A DNA stretch of 61,546 nt, filler included, from 4 parts of 4 records of this genome joined end to end with filler, not necessarily neighbours in it, one strand, 5' to 3'. Shown: positions 1 to 8,444, counted from the whole stretch's first letter. Translations and numbers: made by a program. The notes: generated from the letters alone by a model not told the origin.

Positions 1-1371
1 GAGTGTTTTGAAGGAAGAGTAAAAACTTTAAACCCATATATTCACGGTGGAATTTTACATCGAAGAGATAAACAATCTCACCTAGACCAAGCAAAAGAGC
101 TTGGAGTTGAGGGGATCGATCTAGTGTGTGTAAACCTTTACCCATTTAAAGCAACGATTGAAAAAACAGATGACTTTGAAGAGATCATTGAAAATATCGA
201 TATCGGTGGACCAGCGATGGTAAGAAGTGCAGCTAAAAACTTTGATAGCGTTATTATCGTAACTGACGTAGCTGATTATGACGTAGTACTAAACAATCTT
301 AAAAATGATACAAATACAGTAGAGTTTAGAAGAGATATGATGATCAAAGCATACGAGCACACAGCAGCTTATGATTCAATGATCGCAAACTATATGAACA
401 AAAGATTCAACGGTGGAATGGGAGCAAAACAATTTATCGTAGGAAATAAAGTATTTGATACAAGATATGGAGAAAACCCACACCAAAAAGGTGCATTATA
501 CGAGTTTGATGCACACTTTACAAATAAATTTATCACAGTAAAAGGGGAAGCATCTTTTAATAATATGGGTGATATTAGCGGAGCTGCTAAGATCGCAAGT
601 GCCTTTGGAGATGACAATGCAGTATGTATTGTAAAACACGGAAACCCATGTGGATTTGCTATCAAAGATACACTTATGGAGTCGTACACAGAAGCACTTA
701 AATGTGATCCAATTTCCGCTTTTGGTGGAGTAGTAGCAGTAAATGGTATCGTTGATCTGGAACTAGCACAAAAAATGAACGAACTATTTTTAGAAGTAGT
801 TTTCGCTGCAGACTTTACAGATGAAGCAGTAGAAGAGTTTAATAAGAAAAAAAGACTAAAACTTTTCAAACAAGGTACTGGGAAGCTAGAGATGGCAAAC
901 GATGAGTTCAACTTTAAAATAGTAGACGGTGGATTTGTTTTCCAAGATAGCGATAAAGTTGGAGCCGATGAAGTAAAAAATGCAGAGCTTAAAACAAAAA
1001 GAGCTGCAACTGAGCAGGAAATGAAAGATATGGAAATAGCTCTAAAAGTAGCAGCAGGAACAAAATCGAACTGCATAGTATACGTAAAAGACTCTGCAAT
1101 GGTAGCAGTAGGAATGGGTATGACAAGTCGTGTAGATGCAGCAAAAGCAGCTCTTAGAAAAGCAGAAGACCTTGGACTAGATGTAAGCGGATCAGTTCTA
1201 GCAAGTGAAGCATTTTTCCCATTTAGAGATTCTATCGACGCTGCAGCAGAAGCTGGAGTAAAATGTGTGATTGAACCAGGTGGAAGTGTGAGAGATGATG
1301 AGGTGATTGCAGCGGCGGATGAGTTTGGGATGGCGTTGTACTTCACAGGGATAAGACACTTCCTACACTAA
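1..1371 (+). CDS. purH: Bifunctional AICAR transformylase/IMP cyclohydrolase, 5'-truncated by the window edge
   Basis: Frame is open from base 1 ([19 protein letters not shown]). Motifs [44 protein letters not shown] and C-terminal FTGIRHFLH. Confidence 0.98.
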   Translation, partial: ECFEGRVKTLNPYIHGGILHRRDKQSHLDQAKELGVEGIDLVCVNLYPFKATIEKTDDFEEIIENIDIGGPAMVRSAAKNFDSVIIVTDVADYDVVLNNLKNDTNTVEFRRDMMIKAYEHTAAYDSMIANYMNKRFNGGMGAKQFIVGNKVFDTRYGENPHQKGALYEFDAHFTNKFITVKGEASFNNMGDISGAAKIASAFGDDNAVCIVKHGNPCGFAIKDTLMESYTEALKCDPISAFGGVVAVNGIVDLELAQKMNELFLEVVFAADFTDEAVEEFNKKKRLKLFKQGTGKLEMANDEFNFKIVDGGFVFQDSDKVGADEVKNAELKTKRAATEQEMKDMEIALKVAAGTKSNCIVYVKDSAMVAVGMGMTSRVDAAKAALRKAEDLGLDVSGSVLASEAFFPFRDSIDAAAEAGVKCVIEPGGSVRDDEVIAAADEFGMALYFTGIRHFLH

Positions 1372-1376
1372 AAAGT

Positions 1377-1523
1377 GAAAGATTGATTTTCTAAGCAATC
1401 TTTCTTCATAACTCTGCGTTAGAGAAAGTTTGATTCTAGTCACTTACTTTAAGTAAGCTCCTACGAATAAAACTTTCTCTGCCTTGATTTCTTTTGAAAT
1501 CTTACTCATAAAATCAATCTTTC
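1377..1523. repeat. ERIC-like palindromic miniature element (MITE-like), about 147 bp
   Basis: Perfect 14-bp terminal inverted repeat GAAAGATTGATTTT (1377-1390)/AAAATCAATCTTTC (1510-1523). Nested AGAGAAAGTTT/AAACTTTCTCT (1421-1431/1470-1480). Core AGTCACTTACTT-TA-AGTAAGCTCCT matches the ERIC central stem. Confidence 0.7.
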
Positions 1524-1616
1524 TAAAAAATAAAATCATTGCAATTTGCAATATTTTTTTAGTTAAATTAAAACTTTTGATAAAATTTTCAATCAACATT
1601 TAATTTACATATAAAA

Positions 1617-1625
1617 TGTTATAAT
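1617..1625 (+). promoter_or_regulatory. Extended -10 promoter (TGnTATAAT) for the methyltransferase operon
   Basis: TGTTATAAT about 20 nt upstream of the AAAGG RBS and TTG start at 1647. Confidence 0.6.
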
Positions 1626-1646
1626 GAGTATATTTTTCTAAAAGGT

Positions 1647-4600
1647 TTGAAGTTGAGTTCATTTTTTGATTTATTTAAATTTGATAATTCTTACACAATT
1701 CAAGATGCACCTTTATTAACTCATGAAAAAAAACAACTAGTAACTTTAAACATTGACAAAATACACTTTTCTGGTAAATATCCTACAGTATTTTTTAAAG
1801 AAATAAAACAATTTGATGGTGATACATTAAAAGAGATTGTAAATATTCATCATAATTTATGGAACTATAAAAAAGTTATGTTTTTATATGTGACATCTTT
1901 AACGGAAATTAGAATTTATAATTGCAATAGTAAACCAGAGAATATAGATGACATTACTAGTTCTTTAGAAAAACATGAGATAGTAAAAAGTAGTTTTGAT
2001 GATAAAGAAAAACTTAATGAACTTCTTGAAATATTTTCTGCATATGCTATTGATAGTGGTTCTATATGGACTAGGGGTGATGATTATTTAAAGAAAATTA
2101 AACTTGATAAAAGGATAGATAAGTTTTTAGTTACCAGTTTAATTAAATTAGCTAAAAAATTAGAAGAAGACAATATTGATTTAGAGGTAATACATTCTTT
2201 AATTATGAGATCATTATTTATTATGTATCTTGAAGATAAGGATGCTACACCAAAAGAATTTTATAAAGATAAAAATAAAGAAGCAAAGTCTTATTTTGAT
2301 TTATTAGAAAGTGAAGAAGCTACATACGCATTTTTTAAAAGGATACAAGATAATTTTAATGGTAATGTATTTCCTGTAACTGAAAATGAAAAAGAGCAAA
2401 TTGAAGTTAAACATTTAAAGCTTATAAAACAATGTTTTATAAATGGTGATTTGAATAATGAAAACTTATTTACTAATTGGAGAATTTTTAAATTTAATAT
2501 TATAGATATAGAACTATTAAGTCAAATTTATGAAAACTTTTTAAGTGAAATAGATAAAGAAAATACTGGAAGTTATTATACACCACCAGAATTAGTAGAA
2601 CTTATATTAAATGAAGTTCTTCCAATAGATAGTAAAGATTATAATATTAAAGTTTTAGATCCAACTTGTGGATCAGGTATATTTCTTGTTGAAGCATTTA
2701 AAAGAATTGTTTTAAGATGGCAAAATGCAAATCAAGAAACAACAATTACTTTTAAAGTATTAAAACAATTATTGCAAGATAGTATTTTTGGAGTGGAATT
2801 AAATAAAAATTCTATTAAAGTTACTACATTTAGTTTATATCTTGCAATGCTTGATTTTCTTAACCCTGCAAAGTTATGGTATTTAGGAGATGAGAAATTC
2901 CCTTATCTTATTAATGATAAGGAAGATGATACCTTATTCGAACAAGGTAATAATCTTTTTAGAACGGATACAATTATTAAAGACACCGTAATTGAGAAAA
3001 ATTATGATGTGATAGTTGGAAATCCTCCATATGGTAAAAAAATACCTCCTCATCTTAAAAAATACTGTGAAAAAAATAATTTTCCACATGAGTTTGTAGT
3101 TCCATTTATACATAAAGCAACATTATTAGCTCCAAATGGAAAAATTGCATTATTGGCACCGACTAAGTTACTAACAAATACTTTACAGCCATCACAAAAT
3201 TTTAGGAAGTGGCTTTTTAATAAAAACTATGTAGAAAAAATATATAATTTATCAATTTTGCGAAAAGCACCTAAAACATTTGGAGGACAATTGTTCTCAT
3301 CTGCTGTTCCACCTGCATCAATATATTTCTTTCAATCTAAATCACCTAATAAAATATCGAAAACAATAGAGTATTGGGCTCCTAAGACATATATTAAGAG
3401 TAATTTAGCAGAGGGAATCATTATTGATTCAAGTGACATTAAATATTTACCAAGAGATGAATGTAAAAAATATAATTCAAAAATTTGGAAAATTGCTCAA
3501 TGGGGTAATTTAAATGATTATCTTTTATTAAGCCATTTAAATAATTATAAAACATTGAAATCTTTTTTTGCTGACAATAACTTTATTGAAGGAGTTGGTT
3601 TAGAGTTAAGTTCACCTTGCAATAAAGAAGATTTAACAATTAAAGAAATGCCTCATATGGGTGTAAAAGATTTAGAAGTATATATTACTGATATTAGTAA
3701 TACAAAAGTAATGACAGAAACACACTTTCGAAGAAAAGGGACAAAAGAGGCTTATAAAGCACCACATGTTTTAATAAAAGAAGGAATTAAAAAAATATCA
3801 ATTAATAATAATGATGAATATAGAATCGTATCATCATTTTTAGATTATGATTGTTCTTACTATAAAGGAATTATTGGAATTCATCATGAAGATGTGAATA
3901 TATTAAAGGCATTAACGGTTTATATGAATTCCATTTTTACAAAATATTTTATGTTTATTTCTAGCTCCTCATGGGGAATAGAAAGAGATATAATAAAAGC
4001 AAATGAATTATTTTTATTACCAAGTTTTTTTGATGACACAAAAACCATAGAAGAATTAGCAGTATTATTTGATAGGATAAAAGAAAGAAAAAATATAGAT
4101 TTTCTTTTAAATTCTAATATAAGTGATATAGAAAAGCAAATTGATAATATAATTTTAGATGTTTTAGGTCTTTCATTAAATGAAAAGGAATATATCTATG
4201 ATAATATTTACTATACAATAGATTTATTTTACAAAGGGGATAATTCAATAGCTGTTAAACCATTAAATATGGATAATCCAGAATCTATTCAATATAGCAA
4301 TAAACTTTGTTATGAATTAAACGAAACCTTAGAAGAAGATGATTTAAAAGTTGTACCTATAGTTTATAAAAGTTCTTATTATTCTCCTCTTTGTTTAATT
4401 GTAGTTCAGTTTATTGACAAAAATATCAATGTGAATAATGAATTTGAAATTATTAATGCAGACAGTGACTTTAATCAAATATTATCCCGATTAAATAAAT
4501 ATACATTAAGTGAATATTCAAAAGGTATCTATGTACAAAAAAACTTAACATATTATGATAATGACAAAATATATATAGTCAAACCAAATCAAAAAAGATT

Positions 4601-4667
4601 TTGGAACTTATCAAGTGCCATTGAAGATGCACAAAACATAACTTTAGAAATAATGAGTATGTCTTAA
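1647..4667 (+). CDS. Large N6-adenine DNA methyltransferase (Type IIG/Eco57I-like MTase plus TRD region)
   Basis: Motif X GSYYTP, motif I VLDPTCGSGIFL, FGVELN, motif IV DVIVGNPPY in gamma-class order. Long C-terminal specificity-like region. No clear PD-(D/E)XK motif in the N-terminus. Confidence 0.9.
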   Translation: MKLSSFFDLFKFDNSYTIQDAPLLTHEKKQLVTLNIDKIHFSGKYPTVFFKEIKQFDGDTLKEIVNIHHNLWNYKKVMFLYVTSLTEIRIYNCNSKPENIDDITSSLEKHEIVKSSFDDKEKLNELLEIFSAYAIDSGSIWTRGDDYLKKIKLDKRIDKFLVTSLIKLAKKLEEDNIDLEVIHSLIMRSLFIMYLEDKDATPKEFYKDKNKEAKSYFDLLESEEATYAFFKRIQDNFNGNVFPVTENEKEQIEVKHLKLIKQCFINGDLNNENLFTNWRIFKFNIIDIELLSQIYENFLSEIDKENTGSYYTPPELVELILNEVLPIDSKDYNIKVLDPTCGSGIFLVEAFKRIVLRWQNANQETTITFKVLKQLLQDSIFGVELNKNSIKVTTFSLYLAMLDFLNPAKLWYLGDEKFPYLINDKEDDTLFEQGNNLFRTDTIIKDTVIEKNYDVIVGNPPYGKKIPPHLKKYCEKNNFPHEFVVPFIHKATLLAPNGKIALLAPTKLLTNTLQPSQNFRKWLFNKNYVEKIYNLSILRKAPKTFGGQLFSSAVPPASIYFFQSKSPNKISKTIEYWAPKTYIKSNLAEGIIIDSSDIKYLPRDECKKYNSKIWKIAQWGNLNDYLLLSHLNNYKTLKSFFADNNFIEGVGLELSSPCNKEDLTIKEMPHMGVKDLEVYITDISNTKVMTETHFRRKGTKEAYKAPHVLIKEGIKKISINNNDEYRIVSSFLDYDCSYYKGIIGIHHEDVNILKALTVYMNSIFTKYFMFISSSSWGIERDIIKANELFLLPSFFDDTKTIEELAVLFDRIKERKNIDFLLNSNISDIEKQIDNIILDVLGLSLNEKEYIYDNIYYTIDLFYKGDNSIAVKPLNMDNPESIQYSNKLCYELNETLEEDDLKVVPIVYKSSYYSPLCLIVVQFIDKNINVNNEFEIINADSDFNQILSRLNKYTLSEYSKGIYVQKNLTYYDNDKIYIVKPNQKRFWNLSSAIEDAQNITLEIMSMS

Positions 4668-5323
4668 TGGCTGGAACTTTATCTCCAAAAATTGCTAAAT
4701 TAATAACGCTTGAAAAAGTTGCTTTTAAAATATTGATAGAAGTTTATATTATTGCTTTAAAAAAAAAGGAATATGACTTAGATTGGGATGAGGAACAGTT
4801 TTCTCAATACTTAGTAGATTTAATGGCAAGTAGTAGTTTAAGAGTAAAATATCAGTTGTTTATTCGTCTTGAAGAAAAACTTCACCAGAAGAAAAGTTTG
4901 CCAATAGGAAGAAATAATCCTAAAAGATTACCGAGAATTGATATTAGTATTGCAAGTTGGAAATTTAAAAAAGATTTAGAAGAAAGATTTTTCTTTGAGG
5001 CAAAAAATTTATGTGAAAATAGTTGGAAGAAAAAAAGTGGTACAAGAGTTTCTTCTAAATATTATTTCGATAGATATATTACTACAGGAATTGAAAATTT
5101 TAGAATTGGTAGATATTATGATGGTGCAATAATAGGCTATATTTTACAAGGAAGAGCACCTTTTATAGTTAAAGAATTAAATAATAGACTATTTTATGAT
5201 ATTAATACGATACGAAAGATGAATAAAATTAATTTTATATTTGGATTTCATAGTATTTACAGCTCAAAGCATTTGATGCATTCTAAGAAACTAGAAATTA
5301 AACATATTTTACTTAAGTTTTGA
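4667..5323 (+). CDS. Putative PD-(D/E)XK-fold nuclease translationally coupled to the methyltransferase
   Basis: TAATG stop/start overlap at 4665-4669. Candidate catalytic pattern E(EQFS)...RIDI...FEAKNL followed by YITTGIENF..GRY and GAIIGYI. Confidence 0.6.
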   Translation: MAGTLSPKIAKLITLEKVAFKILIEVYIIALKKKEYDLDWDEEQFSQYLVDLMASSSLRVKYQLFIRLEEKLHQKKSLPIGRNNPKRLPRIDISIASWKFKKDLEERFFFEAKNLCENSWKKKSGTRVSSKYYFDRYITTGIENFRIGRYYDGAIIGYILQGRAPFIVKELNNRLFYDINTIRKMNKINFIFGFHSIYSSKHLMHSKKLEIKHILLKF

Positions 5324-5348
5324 TTATTTCTAGATATATTTAGCTTCT

Positions 5349-5624
5349 TTAATTCCATATCTCAATAAAATCAGCAAACTTCAAAGCCTCAGGATTTAAG
5401 ATGCAAACTCTTATTATCCCTTTAGGTGTCCAATAGGTTATATCCTCATCTTTCACATAATGAGTATTTTCATACAGAATTGATGGATTTAAAACTCTTG
5501 TAGAATCCAAAAGCTGTTCATATATAAAACATATATCGGCTAAGTCTTTATTTGAGATAAGTAGTTTATGGGCAGCTGTAGATTTTATTGGGATTTCTAT
5601 TGAGTTGTAAGTAAGAGTTTGCAT
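5349..5624 (-). CDS. Small antirepressor-like (ORF6N/Bro-N-related) putative DNA-binding protein
   Basis: LLISNKDLA...LYENTHY...YWTPKGIIR...ALKF resembles the antirepressor pattern (L.EGKHF...WTK.GI.R...AKKF). AAAAGG RBS present. Confidence 0.45.
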   Translation of the reverse strand: MQTLTYNSIEIPIKSTAAHKLLISNKDLADICFIYEQLLDSTRVLNPSILYENTHYVKDEDITYWTPKGIIRVCILNPEALKFADFIEIWN

Positions 5625-5656
5625 TTTTTACCTTTTAGTTTATTTGAAAAAGTATA

Positions 5657-5851
5657 TTGATTTTGAGAATTTTGTGCAACTTCATATATAAAGGTGTCTC
5701 GGTACTAGCTTTTGCACAAGCAATCGGACATAAATCTGTTACCGTAATAACATGCAGTGAAATATGTTATAAAAACTACCATTTTAATATTGAACATTTA
5801 GCAAAGATCGCTTATGTTTTAGAGGTAGATATAAATGAGTTTTTGAACTAG
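5657..5851 (+). pseudogene. XRE-family helix-turn-helix regulator, N-terminus apparently missing
   Basis: KGVS.LAFAQAIGHKSV.VI.CSEI...YHFNIEHLAKIAYVLEVDINEF is typical of Campylobacterota XRE proteins. The first helix and an RBS are not evident. Confidence 0.6.
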
Positions 5852-5917
5852 TCGCATTTTGCGACCAGTTCAAAGCATATCACAAAATGTGATAACTATA
5901 AAATTGCATTTTGCCAT
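5851..5917. promoter_or_regulatory. Three tandem 15-bp palindromes (RTYRCA-W3-TGYRAY), putative operators
   Basis: GTCGCATTTTGCGAC (5851), ATCACAAAATGTGAT (5879) and ATTGCATTTTGCCAT (5903, one mismatch), directly upstream of the ORF6N gene. Confidence 0.55.
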
Positions 5918-5977
5918 ATTTCTAAATAAACCTAAAATTTCTTGTTAAGATACTTAGATAAAACCTAGCAGTATCTT

Positions 5978-6536
5978 ATGGAAAATGATTCAAAACTTTT
6001 ACAAAATATCATTGTGGATGATAAAATATTTATTATTCGTGGTGTTCAAGTTATGGTAGATAGAGATTTAGCAGAGTTATATCAGGTTGAGACAAAAGTC
6101 TTAAATCAAGCAGTTAAAAGAAATTTGGAAAATTTTCCTGATGATTTTATGTTCCGTTTAACAAATGATGAAAAAAATGAACTGGTCACAAATTGTGACC
6201 GGTTCGAAAAACTTAAACACTCAACATCAAATCCGCTTGTATTTACCGAACAGGGTGTCTATATGTTAGCTACAGTATTAAAAAGTAAAATAGCAAGAGA
6301 AGTCAATATTTCAATAATGAGAACTTTTACACGATTAAAAAATCATGTAGTGAAACGGAATCCATACCTGCAAATCTGTCCCATATTTTGACATCATCAA
6401 AAGACTTGAAACCTTAGAATCAGAAGATAAAAAGACAAAAGAGACTTTGGATAAAGTTATTCAAATTGTGATAAATATGCAAGATATTCAAGAGGAAGCA
6501 AAAGAGGGTACGAAGAAAATTGGGTTTATTTTATAA
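5978..6536 (+). pseudogene. ORF6N (KilA-N-like) domain DNA-binding protein, frameshifted near 6352-6380
   Basis: IRGVQVMVDRDLAELYQVETKVLNQAVKRN..NFPDDFMFRL and FTEQGVYMLATVLKS. The first frame stops at 6391. The +1 frame from 6381 reads PYFDIIKRLETLE...TKKIGFIL* (the usual KIGF end) to 6536. Confidence 0.8.
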
Positions 6537-6540
6537 ATAA

Positions 6541-6560
6541 TTCTCCTCAAAAGAGGAGAA
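6541..6560. terminator. Hairpin between the convergent ORF6N and hicB genes
   Basis: TTCTCCTC-AAAA-GAGGAGAA. Confidence 0.55.
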
Positions 6561-6580
6561 TATAGAGGTATTGCCTAGTT

Positions 6581-6970
6581 TTAAAAGATTTCGATATTAT
6601 GAGATTTTAGATCATGGATCACTAAATGTTGAAGATAAGCACTTCTGTTTCCATTAAACTCTACTAATCTCTCAGGTAGAATATTAATAATGTCACTTCT
6701 CATCATCACATTGATACGTTTTAACTTTTCCACTTTTACATCAATAAGTTGTGGTATAGCATCTTTTTCTATATCATCTAATTTCAATAGATCTTCTAAA
6801 CTCGATGCTTTTGGTAAAGATTCTAAATCTTCACAATATAACTCACTAGCTTCTTTTATATTATGAATTACTTCTATAAAGTTACTTCCATAACTTGACA
6901 CAAAGTTTAGATCAGGCACAACTGCTACATAGTCGTTATCTTCTTTGTGTATAAAAGCTATATATTCCAT
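6581..6970 (-). CDS. hicB: HicB-family antitoxin
   Basis: YIAFIHKEDNDYVAVVPDL..VSSYG N-terminal HicB fold. C-terminal RINV...NRSAYL ribbon-helix-helix. Lies downstream of hicA. Confidence 0.88.
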   Translation of the reverse strand: MEYIAFIHKEDNDYVAVVPDLNFVSSYGSNFIEVIHNIKEASELYCEDLESLPKASSLEDLLKLDDIEKDAIPQLIDVKVEKLKRINVMMRSDIINILPERLVEFNGNRSAYLQHLVIHDLKSHNIEIF

Positions 6971-7000
6971 TTTATCTCCTTTAAATAATTTATGAAGAGT

Positions 7001-7186
7001 TTAGTAAAATTTAATTCCACTTTGTCTCTCCATATTTTTTAATGTTCCTATCGGGATATCTTTTTTCCCATGGTCAGGAACTATGACCATCTTATCGTCT
7101 TTTGTTAGTTTTATATGAGAACCTTTTTGAGATCTCTTTATAAAGCCATTTTCTTTTAAAATTTTCAGGACTTCTTTTGCGTCCAT
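7001..7186 (-). CDS. hicA: HicA-family mRNA interferase toxin
   Basis: MDAKEVLKILKENGF..RSQKGSHIKL...VIVPDHGKKDIPIGTLKNM. Strong AAGGAGG RBS before the ATG at 7186. Confidence 0.92.
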   Translation of the reverse strand: MDAKEVLKILKENGFIKRSQKGSHIKLTKDDKMVIVPDHGKKDIPIGTLKNMERQSGIKFY

Positions 7187-7239
7187 AGGTATACCTCCTT
7201 TATTGCTACACATTATACATACTTTTACTTAAAATATAT

Positions 7240-7254
7240 TACACACTATGTGTA
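7240..7254. promoter_or_regulatory. Putative HicB operator palindrome
   Basis: TACACA-CTA-TGTGTA upstream of hicA, with a further half-site TACACA at 7207. Confidence 0.45.
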
Positions 7255-7340
7255 TAGTTTAGAAATTTAGTTTTAGATAACAGATATAAATGAGTTTTAA
7301 CCTAGTCACAATTTGTGATCAGTTGAAATTTTGAGCTCTC

Positions 7341-7380
7341 TTGACATAAACCCATAATAAGTATATACTATTTGATATAT
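7341..7380 (+). promoter_or_regulatory. Sigma70 promoter of vapBC with overlapping putative VapB operator
   Basis: TTGACA (7341)-17 nt-TATACT (7364). GTATATAC and GATATAT repeats overlap the -10 and start region. AAGGAGG RBS downstream. Confidence 0.75.
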
Positions 7381-7396
7381 ATTAAGGAGGTGCAAT

Positions 7397-7633
7397 ATGA
7401 CAATGAAAGCAAAAGTTTTTCAAAATGGTAGAAGTCAAGCTATCCGTATTCCTAAAGAGTTTCGAGTAGATACAGATGAAGTGTATATTGAAAAAGTAGG
7501 GGATAGTTTAGTTATTAAGCCTAAAAAAGAAGATAAGTGGGATGAGTTTTTTGAGTCTTTAGAAGATATAGATACAAGTGATTTTTTGAATGATAGAGAT
7601 CAACTCTCTATCCAAGAAAGAGAAATATTTTAA
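7397..7633 (+). CDS. vapB: VapB antitoxin (AbrB/MazE-type)
   Basis: KAKVFQNGRSQAIRIPKEFR..DEVYIEK.GDSLVIKP. TAATG overlap with the PIN toxin gene. Confidence 0.92.
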   Translation: MTMKAKVFQNGRSQAIRIPKEFRVDTDEVYIEKVGDSLVIKPKKEDKWDEFFESLEDIDTSDFLNDRDQLSIQEREIF

Positions 7634-8034
7634 TGCTTTATATGTTAGATACAAATATTTGTGGATATATTATTAGAAATAAGCCTAAATATATTAAAGA
7701 GAAACTGAAAAATATTGAATCAAAACATGATATTACATTATCTAGTATTGTTGTAGCTGAGCTATTATATGGAGCTAAAAAGAAAGAGAGTGATAAATTA
7801 ACAAAGTTAGTAAAGTCATTTATAGATAATTTTACTATTTTAGATTTTGATAAACAAGCTTCAACAGAATATGCCGATATTAGAGTATCTTTAGAAAAGT
7901 CTGGAAAGATTATAGGATCTAACGATCTTTTTATCGCAGCTCATGCAAAAGCATGTGATGCTACACTTGTGACAAATAATATAAAAGAGTTTGAACGAGT
8001 TGAAAACCTAACTTTAGATAATTGGATAAAATAA
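7633..8034 (+). CDS. vapC: VapC PIN-domain ribonuclease toxin
   Basis: YMLDTNIC, ELLYG, IGSNDLFIAAHA, LVTNNIKEFERV. Confidence 0.95.
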   Translation: MLYMLDTNICGYIIRNKPKYIKEKLKNIESKHDITLSSIVVAELLYGAKKKESDKLTKLVKSFIDNFTILDFDKQASTEYADIRVSLEKSGKIIGSNDLFIAAHAKACDATLVTNNIKEFERVENLTLDNWIK

Positions 8035-8090
8035 GTACCAAATGAAGCCTAAATATAGTACGATAAATAATCACTCTAAAAGGTAAAATA

Positions 8091-8300
8091 ATGCATTTAA
8101 ATGAAAAACAAAGATCTGTATGTATCACACAAAAAGGTGAAGCCAAAGTTGTAATACAAGATATAAAAAGTTATGAGAATCTACAAAGTTCATCAAATCT
8201 ATTAAAGCTTATTGTTCAAAGTGAAAATGATATTGAAAATGGTGATATTGTACCACAAGAGCAGATGTTTAATGATCTTGAAAAGAAGCTTTTTAATTAA
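8091..8300 (+). CDS. Phd/YefM-family antitoxin, N-terminally shortened
   Basis: VCITQKGEAKVVIQDIKSYE and LLKLIVQSENDIENG. The usual first strand and helix are missing. Confidence 0.7.
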   Translation: MHLNEKQRSVCITQKGEAKVVIQDIKSYENLQSSSNLLKLIVQSENDIENGDIVPQEQMFNDLEKKLFN

Positions 8301-8409
8301 TGGAAAACTATAAAGTTTTATGAATAGAAATGCTATTAGTAATTTAGAGTTTTTAGTTGATACGAGCAGAAATTTAGAAGATATTTTATTTCAGCGTTTA
8401 TTAAAATAA
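8300..8409 (+). pseudogene. RelE/ParE-family toxin remnant (internal stop, frameshift, large central deletion)
   Basis: TAATG-coupled MENYKVL*, then in another frame RNAISNLE joined directly to LVDTSRNLEDILFQRLLK*, i.e. both termini of a RelE/ParE toxin. Confidence 0.6.
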
Positions 8410-8444
8410 TAAGATGAAATATTGATTAAGAATTGACATGTATC

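Noticed and set aside
390-1346. 318-aa minus-strand ORF and other long antisense or alternate-frame ORFs (e.g. 8860-9480, 26299-27078, 34388-35668, 52321-53346, 59237-60475)
   Set aside because: They are shadows of well-supported genes (purH, hrpB, dnaK, AOR, nusA, pnp) and have no recognisable motifs.
1647-4667. Methyltransferase as BREX PglX, DISARM or Type I HsdM
   Set aside because: None of the partner genes (pglZ, brxC, drmA/B, hsdR/hsdS) is present in the flanking sequence.
5349-8409. TA cluster as an integron cassette array
   Set aside because: Genes lie on both strands with their own promoters, and no RYYYAAC...GTTRRRY attC sites were found. The integrase fragment is on a different contig.
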